Shown in pieces: positions 38,929 through 52,827 of a stretch of DNA of 64,000 nt (the first letter of the stretch is position 1; every line of letters starts with the position of its first letter). The notes under the pieces were generated by a model that had not been told where the DNA came from, searched no databases, and worked only from the letters and a program-made list of their open reading frames with translations. This DNA is from Phoronis australis (taxonomy: Eukaryota; Animalia; Phoronida), in contig NMRA01000021.1 of the NCBI GenBank assembly GCA_002633005.1, positions 906,298 through 970,297 on the forward strand, given 5' to 3'. Both the position numbers and the translations under genes were made by a program.

Positions 38929-41900
38929 AGATCGCCTTTTGGCTGGATAGTGAATTTCAATATGGCACGCCTGATTCGAACAAAGCTATTCCTTTTTGCA
39001 AGTAACTGTTTTCGTTCCCTTTTCTCAGAAGGACTATGGCAACAGTGCCTGTGGGTGATTTTGTGACCTGGGTCAATCGAAGCCTTTATTTGTACAGATG
39101 TATCGGACACCTAAAAAAGGGCGTAACTGACGGAAAGTACTCTCTATGGGGTTTCTCAAAAAATAAGAATTTCAACAAAGTCGGCCTATTTGTCTTGCTG
39201 CATCCACCGTCAAAAAATCAAGGCTCCAAAAACGACCGATTTTGGCCATATTTTACCTAAAATCACAAATTCATGACTGCCCGGGTGCAAGAAAAGAGGC
39301 CGTCGTCCTAATACTCTTTCATTATAGGTTTCATTAAGTTAAAGTTAAAATGTGTCATTACCTACCAGGTGTTTGGCAATTTAAATTGTCTGAAGGGTAC
39401 CTGGATTCACGCCAAGTATTCAAGACTCAACCTACCCTCTGACACAGCCATCTTTACTGAAAAGTGGCCATGAACGACCCACGGAATTTCGTGTGTGGCA
39501 AGGGCAACAACGCGAATGCTTAGTCGGAAGTTTATCGGTCACATCGACACCACTTGCACACGCCGTCTATATATGCACTGTACTTGTTTGGTCTTAGCTA
39601 CGAGATCGGGGTTCCTTTGATTTTGTTTACTTCGATTACACCCCGTTTTAATAAATTGCAACTATTCAAGTCAAAGGTGGTCACCATACTACGTAACAGC
39701 AAACTGAAAGGGATTTCCCTGATTTCAACCTACGGGAATGGCTGAATGTGATATCGGTTTCGTTACTTCAACCAATGAGAAGATATAATATTCAATATTC
39801 CACTGTGTTACCTTTCTTTGCACTGTGAAAGAGTGGAGACTTAACAAGGATGTGCTCTCAAAATGGCGGCACTTCCGTATCCTAGTAGACAACAGCGCAG
39901 ATCTAATTTCGGGGGCTCAATTTACTCAAAACAACTCCAGGGATCTAGTGAATACCAATTGTGGCAACCACTTTCCATTTAGTCTACAAAACTGCTGTCA
40001 AATCTCACTCACTCCATTTTGATCATTTTTGAGAAGCCACACATGTCTCTAGTGTGGCCTCAGACCTTAAGGTTATCGAAACAGGAACGGCTTGCAATTG
40101 AAATCGAGTTGAACAGTTTGTTTAAAGACCGCTTTACGAAGATGACATGTACTGACTTTGAGTAATAATTACATATAGCAGCACAATATATAAACTTGGT
40201 ACAAATAATCTAGTCAAAATATTAAGAATCGCAGTGAGTGAAAGTTTCACAAAAATTAATTAACATGTCTCACAAAGTGGTTGAAAGAGATAAGTACTAA
40301 TAGGATTGAAGGTAAAAATCACATTTTGCCGGGAATTTTTAATGAGCTTCATTTGCGCTGAGACACAGTCTATGAAAATATAAAATCTCCATAATTACAT
40401 TTCTTTTCTTTATCGTTAGCTAAATGGTTTCATATAGCTTTGCTCCGAGCATTCAGAACTAGTCGACACTGCACGTGAATGGATATAGAATTAAAAGAAA
40501 AACTTTTTCACACAGCACAATCACAGTATTTTTGATGGAAAGACTTTGGACAACAGTTGAGCATATACTTCGTATGAGGCAACCAGCACAAGTTCGTTGT
40601 AGTCGGTCGTATTATATGGTAGTTTCCATGTAATTGTTTGTTGTAAAAACAGAAGCCAATCACGGTGTTCGTCGAGACTGATTTTATTAGAGCGAAACGC
40701 CTAATTCGATTTCCATTTTAGCTAATCAGGGCGAATGGTTACAGTTGAAAAGTCCCATATGAGCAAAGTCTACTTCATCAATACACAATCAAATGGGGGT
40801 GGCAAGGGGGGCATGGCTGCCCTAAAATTCTCCCAGTTTCCATCGGGCAGCTCATGAGTGCCAATGTCTGACGGGCAAAATCCTGGCTAATACTCTGCCC
40901 TGCGCCCGCCACCCCAACTCAAAATCCTGAATCCGCCCCTGCAATCTACATGTACGGTGATCTTAGTTGTTTTCGAACACATTTCATTGAATAGTTGTTA
41001 TCGTACAGGGCAGTATTGACGAAATGTATCCTGAAGAAGTAAACAACTCCAGTGTAATTCTGGCGCAGTGTCTCATGCTAACGAGGGACACGCAGGTGTT
41101 TCTGTAATATACGATTTCCATGTACATGTACCAACCGAAACGAACAAAACATTAAGTCACTATTACGAAATACAGTGCAAGCAAATGTAACGACAGTACA
41201 ATGTATGTACTAAAACCACCAACCATAAAAGTGTACAGGCAACAAAACGGCAACGTCACGCGACCTTTGACCTTCAGCTCAAAATACTAGATAAGAAAAC
41301 GAGCATAATTTACATGTATTCACAAACTTGTAGTTGCCGTGAGCCCGTGACGCAAACTAGATATCAAATCACACCAAACAGTTATAGCTAAATATATGAG
41401 TAAGACACTAACTGATTTGTGAACTGCAATCTCAAGGTCACAGCGAACAACGCCCGAACCCCCGGCATGAACCACGAAGGAAGACTCGGGGGAAGTAAAT
41501 GGAGCGAAATACTACAACTAGAGACACAAAAGAATGCAACGCATGAACCAGAAATATTATAATAAGTAATCAAAAATATAATAGTTACATCATGAAAACC
41601 TTGCAACCTCACAAGACAGTGAAGACCAATGACATATGCCTGCACAGCACACATATCAGAATACGAGTGAATACTATCTGGCGGGCGTAAAAAGCTTTTA
41701 AATGCCAGTACCACGTGACGAGTCCACGATTTGGGGGTACTTCAAATATGCATGTACAATTCTGGCAATGAAAATTCGTATCAAAACAGAACAGGGTTGC
41801 ACGCAGCGTTAAATCGACATGACCGCGCCTTTGAGCCCATTCGAAGTGCATTGACGCACTAGTGATTCTTGGTTAGACGGGCGTTCAGTAGTTGCTCGCC

Positions 41901-43218
41901 CAGAACATTCGGTGACAAGACAAGGTCGGTATAGTCAGGTTCCCTATGTCCAAATTTTAACATTCGTTGGATTTTTTTGGGGAAAGTGGAAATTATACAT
42001 TTTTGGAAACCTCATGGAATGACGAATCACAAAATAATTGATTCCATTTTCGGTGGCCATCTTGGCGGCCATCTTGGATTTTCAAAAATGGCGCCGGCAA
42101 AATGGATTTTGCCCAATATATCCGCCCTTGGGTCACAGAGAATGTTAGTTTTTAGTCTCGTCCATGCGTCGGTTCACCTTTTTGTTGACCTGGGACTGCC
42201 ACACAATGTGTGGTGGAAATTCACGACAGTTCCGATAAGTCCGCTCAAAAATAGTTGGGCAAACGGAAAGAGTTACCGAAAAATGTCATTAAATCAGACA
42301 TGGTCGCTTAGCATGGTTTTGATACCCAACATTACAAAAGATGACGACACTGCTTGTTTACTAAGTAACGAGTAGCATACGTGAACCTGAAAACCGTCAC
42401 GTACACTTACTTATCCTTCTACGATTGGCCAACAAAGCCGAACATAAAAATGTCTGCCACGACCAGTTCCTCATATGACGTCACTGGTTTGACAGTAAAG
42501 GAACCAAGTGCTGAAAGAGGTTATCGCCCGGGGTCATTGGAGGCAATGGAAATTATAATACAATCAACCAGGCCAAGGCATTCTGATAATACCTGTAGGA
42601 TTTACATTTTAAGACATAAAAGTCGATAAAAGTCTTTTGACGGCAGCCGCCGGGTCGTCTCTGATTAAGTCAACAAAAACTACCTGTGAATAGCATTTTG
42701 GCATAAATTTAAAATTTAATTCTCATAGTTTCAGTAATTATCATGAAGAGCAGTTCTATTCGTAACACCTGGTGTGTAGTAATGCGTGTCAGGTAAAGTG
42801 TGTTTTGCAATCAAGAAGTGATCAACAATGTGGTTTCAACCAAATATACAAATATACTGAAGTTGTATTAAATTTATTTGACAGTTATCTTGATATAAAA
42901 ATGAAACTACAAGTGCGCTCAGTGATTGTCTAGGTACAGATTTCCCTTTAAAATCTCTATCACATTCCATGTGAATTTAGAAGAGGCAAAGAGGGCTGCA
43001 TAACCTCCGACCTTGTGAGTGAGGCCCTTGGATATGGAATTTATTGAAACCCTGAGAGTATTTCTCTAGAGTTTAATCATTCATTGAGCAAATTCCGGCT
43101 ATTTTTGTAAAGGAAAAATTAAAGTATCTCAACGACAGAACACGGTCCGCTCAAATCTTGGGCTGTCTGTAAAATCCAGGGTACTTTGACGTTTCAGTCG
43201 AGTGATATGTTTCACAAG

Positions 43219-43800
43219 TCACTCACATCTTGGGCTGTCGTGTTTAATGTCCGGAGTATGTGGGTGGTTGACCTCCGTAACAGCGCCTTCTTGCAGAGCA
43301 TGTCCCTGTTGGATAACGCCTGTTCCTTGTGGGTAATCCTGGCTTGTAACAACCGTGATACACGCAACTCTGTCTGGGGACACGCGACAGCAGTATACGG
43401 AGGACACGATGGAAACAAAAACTTCAGCTACCGCAAACAAAAAGATAGGGATGTGATGCAGGCTATGCATCCAACCATATCCCTCAAATTTTTTAGGTAT
43501 GGCAAAATAGCCTGCTTCTCCCGTCAATATGGTCGCCATCACGGTAGCAACGATGCAGAAGCCCATGTGAAGGTTGCATCGTTGCTTGGTTTTCACTGCA
43601 ATCCCCGATGCTCCCGCCACGATGAACCAAATTTCAGTCCAGATTTCGATCAAGCCCCCGCTGTAAACCATTATCAATTCGTAAACAATGTAAATGAAGA
43701 TGCCGTTGATGAGGCACAAACCGCCTAGAACTAGCTGTGTAATGGCCAGGCGGTTAATGAGCGTTAAGTAGTGATCTTGTCGACACTCGGTCGGCTGCAT
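43219..43800 (-). CDS. MS4A/CD20-like four-transmembrane protein (193 aa, intronless CDS)
   Basis: Four hydrophobic segments: LAITQLVLGGLCLINGIFI; IWTEIWFIVAGASGIAV; LHMGFCIVATVMATILTG; IFLFAVAEVFVSIVSSVYCC. The Q-x-x-x-G, W...FIxAG and AE...SxxCC pattern is typical of MS4A/TMEM176-like tetraspans. A TTGCAG acceptor lies just 5' of the ATG and an AATAAA-type signal lies near 42874 on the minus strand. Confidence 0.7.
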   Translation of the reverse strand: MQPTECRQDHYLTLINRLAITQLVLGGLCLINGIFIYIVYELIMVYSGGLIEIWTEIWFIVAGASGIAVKTKQRCNLHMGFCIVATVMATILTGEAGYFAIPKKFEGYGWMHSLHHIPIFLFAVAEVFVSIVSSVYCCRVSPDRVACITVVTSQDYPQGTGVIQQGHALQEGAVTEVNHPHTPDIKHDSPRCE

Positions 43801-45320
43801 TTTCTTTCAAACTGCAACGAAGGAAAATATATTAAAACGCAACTTAAAATCAGTGAAAACTGATTCAACACAATGGCTGCTGTACTTAAACCGCTTTCAC
43901 GATAGTCAAATAAAAAGAATTACAGTGGCCGCTAGAGGGCATAATATTTTGGAGGCAAAAATACCCAACTTTGTTTCGGTCATGACAAGATCTTGAGTTT
44001 ATAGTGGTGCCGGGCTGTCCGCCAGGAGACAGACTTTGTCACACTTTCTTCTGAGGACATGTAAATACGGTCTTTAGATTTTGTTGGTGCAAAAATAAAT
44101 CATCATGATAGCAAACCGTTGGTAGAAACTAACAACCCGCTGTGTTTTACACGTTTCTTTTGGGCGGAAGTGCTCTAATATGTTGCATGTGTATAAATCC
44201 ATTGGTGAATTTTGGATGGATGCAACCACTGTTTTTCAAGGAAAATGTTCGCGTAGTTCCTAAATCCCGTAATCAGATGTGTTTTTCATTCTGTCCGTAG
44301 GAAGACAGTCTATGAAGTCTCGCTCACTGATATCGCTGTACTGTGTTTCGCACATAACATAATCAATACGTATAAATACTGCTCCAATTGAAGCTACATT
44401 TCGCCCCGTTATCTAATTGATGAAAATCAAATTAGCTCATATACTGCAATAACATCGGTTCCTTAATATTCCTTACAGTGATAAGATGGCTATTTCCGTT
44501 ACCAACAAGAATATCAAAATTTTCAACATCTCAAGACAACATAACACGTCAGTGAGGTTGGCCAACGCTAAAAAAGGAAATTCGCACCTTACCTGTGACG
44601 AGTTTGTAACGAAAATAGAAACCTATCACAACAAGAATAATATGGTTGACTTTACGAGAATGCAATGTTTAATTCGATTTTTGTAATTTTTAGCTAGCTA
44701 AACAAGGCGAAATATACTTTTGACTCATGTGGTCACATCAGATTAGTAGTGATAGGATGTGTCAAAAACTTTGTCGTTTTTTATCGAAAATGTAATCAAC
44801 GTTAAATAATGATAACCCATGAAAAGGCCGAAAGCTTTCCTGTTTGTGTGCTGTGTGTGGCTTTCGTGTAGTGTAAACGATGTCTTACCTGTATCAGGTG
44901 GTGTTGGTCAAACGTATTGGTCGTTTTACTGCGATAGTCTGTTGACGACGAGCTGTTTACAGGGTATTTATAGAATTGCGAATGACCGGCCATAGCAACT
45001 GAGAACGCTTCTTTGATTCCTGGAAGTTATCAACAGAGGCACAGTTTCCTGGAAGATAAGCACTGATAATTTGACAGGCATTCAGTCGCTACGTCACTTG
45101 TTCACCAATGTCAGAAGTTGCCTGTGGGTGTGTTTTAAAGGCAGCTACGTGTATACTTTGAGATTGCGCGTGGATGGAGAGAGAATGGTTAAATCCAGTA
45201 ATTAATTTATTTATGAACCACGTATTGAGGTTAGTGAAACCCTAATTAATTTCTTTAACCATGAAGAAGAGTATCTACGCTAGTGCCTTCTGTAAGGATT
45301 ATTTCAATCAATTTAAGTCG

Positions 45321-45541
45321 TATAATCCGTTGAAAATCACGTGAGATTGCATAAAAACTATTGAAACATACTCTCTGATACTTAAGTACTAGTCCACGAG
45401 AGCACCAGCCATGAGCGGCAAGGTGGGGGTCAGCCGATTTTCACCAAATTTGGCACATAGGTAGTCCTATGGGNTATAATCCGTTTTGAAAATCACGTGA
45501 GATTGCAGAAAAACTATTGAAACATACTCTCTGATACTTAA
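45321..45541. repeat. About 65-bp direct duplication around an N gap
   Basis: 45321-45385 is repeated at 45475-45541 directly after the N at 45474. Confidence 0.75.
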
Positions 45542-46096
45542 TTAGACTTTTTCCTAAGTATGAAGTCGATCTACTGCCTGTTCATTTTTTTCTTTTATTT
45601 TATATTTTCTTAAAATCTGCGCGATCAAAACAAATGAGTATTACCCGTAATGCTGTGCGGTTTGACCTTTTGGCAACTCTGTACTGCTTCAAAGACGAGA
45701 AGTTCGCCTTAGCCAGGAAATTTATTCATTTCTTGATCATTTTGATGACGATGTAGCTCCATGTATGAGCCGAACATTAAACTATTACGCTTAGAATTGG
45801 ATGAAACCATTAGATGGGGGATATTACTTACTGAATTTGATAGTAATCGTTGTGCTCGAGTCGTCGAGTCCAGTAAAATCTGCAGTATAGCCTAGGCCTA
45901 TCAGTGTTGTGAAAAATATTTTAAACTCATTTTAGCTTATGAATATATTATCTGAAAATGTACTCATAATAGTTACTTACTGATAAAAATTTGTACAAAT
46001 AATTTCCAGGTCATTACTTGCGTGTATTAATGATTACAGGACTAAACCTTTACTTGGCAATTGTGAAGTGGAAACATTATGACGGCCCTGACTGCG

Positions 46097-46348
46097 CATG
46101 CGCACCCGGGGGGGCTCGGAGGGCTCGAACGAGACCCCCATTTGGCGAAGTGAGTAAAACGGTCCGCCTCAGAGAAACAAAAATTCTGAAAAATTAGAAA
46201 ACGATACAAAGGTTCGTTAAAATGGCAGGTACTATCAAAATTCTGCGAATGCACAATTCATAGCTCTGAACGTACCCCGTTTTTTTGGTAAAAGGCCCAC
46301 ATTCTCAAAAATTCGAGCCCAAAAATTTTTAGGCTGGGTGCGCGCGTG
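46097..46348. mobile_element. MITE (family B)
   Basis: TIR-like ends CATGCGCACCC / GGGTGCGCGCGTG. The body (GGGCTCGAACGAG..CCCCCATTTGGCGAAGTG...TTCTCAAAAATTCGAGCCC) is collinear with 12249-12476. Confidence 0.7.
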
Positions 46349-48455
46349 CTGCATGCCTCTAACATGATATTTATTAAAGACTGTCTATGGATTATTGCAG
46401 ATTCGCAATAAGGTGCGGTTTTAGGCAAACTAAACAAGACACAATGAACACAATTCATAATTTGACAGTTACGTTTAACGTTTGTGGGAAATTTAACTAA
46501 CAACACCAAAACTGCCATGGCAATGGCTTGCCAACAATACATTCTATAAGGTATTCAGCTGTTGAAGTACACTAGGCAATGGATGTTATTTGATCTCTCA
46601 TATATGGCAATGAAGAAAATTTTATTTTTATTTTTGATTCGGGACTTTTGGTTTCTCCGTTACAAATGAAGAATTGGAAAGAGTCTACTGCAATGACAAA
46701 GGTACTGACTACAACAACAGGCGCCTACTCCAACACATTTTCCCAATACAAGGGTTATGTCGTAGGCCTAAATCGTACCGCTCTGTCTACTTTGCATGGA
46801 GTCAAACAAATTGTTATTTACTCAATGCATATATATACATGTATTCCTTTTGCCTACTACTTAGCACTCAGATAATTGTGATTTCTTTATGGTACTAATA
46901 AACAAAATTTATGCCCAATACCATTTCCGAGTTTTGATTCTGAAAATCGGGCGAGGACTTAAAATGTAATGAAACAGAATTATTAAAGCGGCTACAAACC
47001 CACATTCCACCAATGATCAAATAACTTTGGATTTCCACCATTTTCCGCAACACATCTGCTTTCAGTAAGTTTTTTTACCCAGGAGAGAATGGGTTTCTTG
47101 GCTTGGAAAGAATTGACCAAGAAAAAATGACATGCTGTTTCAAGCCAACGTGATAAGCTGAGACCGGAGCAATAACGAACTGTCAGTTCTTTCTAATCAC
47201 CTGCACTTTGAGGTAAGGAATGGGCCGAGGCAACAAATAGTCAAAATCAAGAGTTGGTGGAAGGCAGGTTTATAGCAGCTTTAACCGCAATGACGTAATC
47301 ACATTAACGAACAGAATGTATTGCAGAGCCAAAGTTTAGCCTGCACAACATCAAATATATTTCAGTGGAGTAATTCTCAACATAACGTAAATGTAAATGC
47401 AAACAAGAGTTGCTGCATGACATTTAATGAATCGAAATATGCTTGAAGTCATGGACACATTTATTTTAATTAGTCAGTTCCCACCACTCAGCATGAAGTA
47501 AATTACATGAACACTTACAAAGCAGGCACTGCATCACTGTTTTTGGAGTCGCACGTAAGCAAACAGCGATCAGGTATTCTTGGTTTACTTAAATAAAAGT
47601 AAACTGTTAGATTTATGTACTGTTCGAAGATGAAAAATTTTGTCGTGTCCTGTTGTATTGACTGTAATCTATATCAACGTCAAGCTACTGTGCAAAATTA
47701 ACTTTAAAGGTAGTGTCAAGTGTTCACTGAAGCAGTGACAGTTTGTTTTGATAGATCAGTTAATATTTGTTGCCATTGCAAGACCATTTACCTCAAGGCT
47801 ATGGACTCGGTGGTCCCTGGGAGTCATGTAAATTTTGTGCACGCCTTTTTCTTCTCTCAAGCGTCTGCTAATTATGGACACCAGTGGCAGGGGAGTATAG
47901 ACCTTTCTTAGTCTTTGACTGCTTACTTCTTGGATTTTTTACTGAAGCACCTGTGTAGCTTGCACGTTTGAACGATTGTGAAAAGTTATAATGTAATATT
48001 GAGCACTGAAAAACTAAAACCAAAGATACATGTACAGTACCATTGGGTACAAGTAATAATAGCGATAGTAGGTGAGGAGCAGTGTGGACTGTGACATAAA
48101 ATGAGTTGAGGTAACGCTACACATGCCAGTGATTGAATGTTTTGGGGAGTTCGCAAAATATATTTTGGTCTTGTATTTCGGGGATTGTCAATACTAAAAG
48201 TTGGCTTTACTCAATTAGGCCGGTAAATAGCAACTGTGTTGGCAGACAAATGGAAATGAAAGATTTTAAATCATGAGAAAGTACTCTAGGCCTAGCGTTG
48301 ACCTAGGTGCTCAAAATAGTGGACGAGTCTACAATCATGTACTTTATCAATTGCTGAGTACGTGTGAAATGACAATCTGGCGGTCACACAACCCGTTCTG
48401 ATAATTTAAAGATGTATGCATTATATGACTCGACCAAAGTGTTGTGTAACGGAAG

Positions 48456-51427
48456 ATGGAGATCCACGCAGTATTGTTAGCTGGTCTGCTCCTCGCAATT
48501 GGCTGCTCCAGTGACCGATGTAAACCTATGGGTAAATACTCTATGGGTAGAGGGGTCTTTTAGACACAACTAGTTATTTTTGGACATCTTTAGGAAGATT
48601 ATGGAGAAAAGTTGTATTTAGTCTTCAGATTTTCTTATTTTGTTTTGGCTATGCTCACTATAAGCTTGGGTAGAGCTAGGCAGGGAATCCATGGGGTTTT
48701 AGAACAAAAATATTAACGCTTCGTGTGATACCAGAACGCAAATATCACATCTGTTGATCCTCATTTGACCAATGAATGCAGGCTATGCATTGCTTTTCAG
48801 AATAGTGAAATTGGTCAAGTAGGTCCCCTAAAAATGTTCAATTTGGGCAAACTTTAGAATATTTGATCTCGGTAATGAATGATTGGGTTCATATGCTTAA
48901 TGCACTCGTCTTCAAAATGCTGTTTAGGAAGTGTTTAAAATGTCTCACGTTTGCATGAGGGACTATTGTGGCCTTTATCATTATGAGAAAAACAGTTGTA
49001 TACAACGGAAGCGAAATGACAATTAAGACAACTGTAGCAATGTTTTTTAAGCGGATTTCATCGTGAACATTCATATCAAACAAAATTTGGTTGTGTAATC
49101 AATTCCATTGTTTTGCTATGGATGTCCTTTTCTCCTTTGCTACTGTAAAGTAAACCAATCAATGGCAAGTTGGTATCAACCGTCAAATATCAAATGCTAC
49201 AGGATTTATAAATTAAGAAAATATTTACTTTTAGTGAGTAAAAATCTTCGTTTTTGTAGATATTTGGAAAAATACATATACAGGGTTCTAAACTTAATAT
49301 GAACAAACTATCACGCGAGAACGGCTGCTTCCAATTCTTATTTTTCCAAATATTAATTTGCTGTCGGTATATTCAAATACATACAAATTAATCAGACGAG
49401 GACGCACAGTTCTTATTCAAAAATGATTGTGATGGACCAGACGATGTTTTTCGGCTGCTTTAGACTATTCGGTAAGAGTCACCTACAGGGAACGGCTGTA
49501 TGAGACTATTGCCGATTATTCTATGCTTTTAATTTCTTACTTATGGCATTTCTCTGGTAGAGACTGAGGCTCCGCCTGGGAAGAACGTCTTAAGTGGGAA
49601 TTCTAGGGTAATGGAGGTTTTTCAATTCACATCTATTTCCTTTACATCCACCAATCTAGAACACAGAATGAGTATCGTTAGTCACTAAAATATACAAAAT
49701 TTTTATTCAGCCATTTTTTCTGTTTGCATTATTTTTCTGTTAATTTTGTTAGATTTTTCAAAAAATGGGCGGGATTTCCGTGTAAACCTGATTACATGGC
49801 GGCTGTTGAGTGAGTACCCAAAATGCGTGAGTCAGCTGTCACTCACTTTGGTGGGCATTTTAGGTTGTTGTGTACCACCAAAAATACAAATTAAACAAAA
49901 AGAAACATTTTAACTTCATCTGTGTTTGAGAATAGTTGGAGTTGTGTTCAGAGAGAGGGCTCTGTCTTAAAGGGGATGCTTTAATGTGACTAAGGCTAAA
50001 TATCATTAAAACGGTAAATTCCATCAAGAAGTGTTCTTCCTTAACATGAACGATTGTACGATTTCACAAAAGTAGGAATAAAGAGGTTATCGATTCCATC
50101 ATTGGGACCTCTCTCTTTGAGCTGGTCTCATCCAAGGATCTATCACTTCAAGAAACATGAAATGGCCGGCTATTGATTCTATCTGTCAGATTCTCAGTTT
50201 TAGTCAAATGATTTAAAATTTCGAGAAAAAAGCAGGGTAGATGGCTCCACTGTCGCTTGTCAGAGAGGGTTCCTGGAGAAATATAGTTTTGCATTCAATA
50301 AATTTGCCGTTATAAATTTAAAAAACAGCTCTTTTCCGTGGCAGAAACGACAGGGTGTCGGTTGGGGGCAAGTGTCAGTGCGGTCGCTTTTGAGTTTTTG
50401 TCTGACGTATTCGAACCAAAATCCAGTCCTCGTTTTAGCGTTTTAATATATACTATTAGATGCATTCCTCGCTTAATCTCAGTGCAAAACGTGATTTTTT
50501 CCGTATTGTCTCGTTTTATCTATTTCTAAATTCCGTTGTTTTTTAACCTAAAAAGAGGCTCTTTTTAAATGGCGACTGTGTGAATAAGATGTAGCCAATT
50601 GTTTCATTTGTAGTGTGAAGCGATATCTTGCGATCACTTGCGTGACTTAGCTTTTAGTCTCGCAGGGCATTCGCTAAATACGTAACACAGACTTGGGTAG
50701 ATGTAAGACCATAGCGGACATTAATCTTAGTGTTTGGTGAAGTTGGCATGTTGAATAATTTGTTTCCTTTCGATAAGCGATGATTTCTCGCAACAATGTG
50801 CCTCCGACAGGGTTTCTTGCTTTTGCGGAACACGTGCCGGCTTTACTTTCAGTCCCCTCCTCATGCAAAGACTGGGCAGATGCAGGATATTTCACAAATG
50901 GCAAGTACATGGTCGATCCTGATGGTCCAGTCGGCAAATTAGTCCCTTTCTTAGTGGAGTGCCAGTTTGATGCTGCAACCGGAAGTAGCAACACCATCAT
51001 TCGCCATGATGTGGAGAAAAATACTACGATTCCAGTTACCTGCCAATCCCCCGAATGCTACGTAAGAAGTGTGACATATACGATACCTTTACCCCAAGTC
51101 CTTTCAATAATAGATTCTGCAAATTCCTGCTATCAAGAGATGGTGTACACGTGCTATGGTTCCGTTTTGCAAAGCGCCGGAAATACGCATTACGCGAAGT
51201 GGTTTGGCCGAGGCATCAAGTACTCGTGGGAATGCGACTGCGGTCGTCTTTCTTCTTGCGATAACCCAAATTTAAAATGTTCGTGTGATGCGAATGACAA
51301 TGTATGGAGGCAGGATATTATGACAGTCAAGCGAAAAGACCGACTTCCCGTTACTAAGATGACGTTTGGCGACGTGGACCTAAACGAGTACGGACACCAT
51401 AAGTTAAGTCCATTGGTTTGCTCATGA
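48456..51427 (+). CDS. Secreted protein with a single contactin-associated-protein (Caspr/Neurexin IV)-type fibrinogen-like domain, about 216 aa, 2 coding exons
   Basis: Exon 2 (50853-51427, after a ctttactttcag acceptor) encodes 'PSSCKDWADAG...GKYMVDPDGPVGKLVPFLVECQF...IRHD...SVTY...SANSCYQEMVYTC...CDCG...C.CDAND...D...KDRLPVTKMTFGD...KLSPLVC*', the Caspr fibrinogen-like pattern. Candidate exon 1 (48456-48531, MEIHAVLLAGLLLAIGCSSDRCKPM + G|gtaaat) looks like a signal peptide and is phase-1 compatible. ATTAAA at 51451. The exon-1 link is inferred. Confidence 0.75.
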
Positions 51428-52711
51428 GTTGTATTTCTTGAATGAACTGAATTAAACGTTTTAATGTAACAAGTTGTCTAAAACAAATCAAACCCGTTTT
51501 TGTTTTTTTATTTATTGGTGGTTTTTAACTTTACTCAAGACCGTTTCTTCCCGTGATCGGAGTTATTCCTTTTGGAAGTGTAACAGAAAGACGTGCTGCA
51601 GCGCTGGTAAGGGTTGGGCGTGTGGTAGATTTAATTGAAACCCAATTCGTTTGCATTCAACGGATATACATTTACATGTATATTCATGTCAATCTCATTA
51701 CTTATTTATTTTATGCATACCATTTTGGGAAGATTCGGGCTTCTCGGCTCGTTCAAGAAATGTTGATTATAATATTCGATTCTACAAGTAGGCTTGAACT
51801 GGCACCGCGTAACAATGCCGCCCTGCTCAGTCTTTGAAAATAGCTAGTTTGGTTCCACGTGTTCAGTTGCGGAAGAACCCTCTTTGATTCTTTTTTACTA
51901 GGTTAGCGTTCCCACAGTAACTGCCCTTGATCACACCATGGACAGAATTGAAATCATTGATTGTTCCTAACGAGAATGTTAGCCGCTCATCCACTCCAAT
52001 TTAAAATTTGCGACTTTGATTTGACATTGCGGTTAGTTCCGCTAAACAAACTCAGGCCAGTCCCACCACAATTCTTGTCGCGAATCAAGTCCCACACGTG
52101 CAAAGCAAATGCGGTGGAAGAGATATTTTGCATTGCAAAACTTGCCCGAGTATATATTTTTAGTTTCGGATATCAGCAAATAGGCCATGTAAATTTTCAC
52201 TTCATCATCCGCAGCATGATTGGCCCTGATGAATTTGGCAGAGCAGAAACAGGCGCAATTTAACGACGACGAACGGAAAGCATTGTCAACCAGGCTTAGG
52301 AGACAACAAGAGATGAACAGCACGAAGCCATTTTTATTTACAAACAATTGCATAGAAGGCAAACAGAATAAATATCACATACAAAATATTATTATGAATA
52401 AATTGTTTTCACGTCACAAATATACAATCTTGGTACCCGACCTCGCGAACATGTCCAGAAATACATACAGCCTTTTACAACATGTTAGGGTCATGTGGCT
52501 AGTTGCGTGACACACGGTTCTCGTTTTAGTTTCGCGGTACCGTGCAATCACAATTAAACTTGAAACCGTTTACATTAAATTAAAACGAATATCTCGTGTC
52601 ACACAACAGCCATAACAGGTAACTTTTAAACCATACGACGGTACAAAAAGCAAAAAGAGAGAGACAGAGATACAAACTACATGCCTAGTGCCCAAGTTAC
52701 TAAAATTGCAG

Positions 52712-52827
52712 TTATCGTCTGCTTTTTGTGACGGCAACAATTATCGTCTGCTTTTCGTCACGGCAACAATTATCGTCTGCTTTTCGTCACGGCAACAATT
52801 ATCGTCTGCTTTTCGTCACGGCAACAA
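52712..52827. repeat. 29-bp minisatellite, 4 copies
   Basis: TTATCGTCTGCTTTTCGTCACGGCAACAA at 52712, 52741, 52770 and 52799. Confidence 0.92.

Noticed and set aside
41940-42375. 132-aa ORF 41977-42375
   Set aside because: It overlaps GCCATCTTG/AAAATGGCG reiterations typical of DNA-transposon subterminal sequence and shows no protein motif.
43186-43728. 180-aa + strand ORF overlapping the MS4A-like gene
   Set aside because: Antisense shadow ORF with no recognisable motifs and a non-ATG start.
45321-45541. Long target-site duplication around an insertion
   Set aside because: The second copy starts right after an N, so a scaffold or haplotype join is more likely.
46648-46902. Possible orphan terminal exon followed by AATAAA
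   Set aside because: No clear acceptor and no recognisable domain.
50780-50852. ATG 50780 as the start of the Caspr-like protein
   Set aside because: A strong acceptor at 50851-50852 coincides with the domain start, and the upstream 24 codons do not resemble a signal peptide for this disulfide-rich domain.
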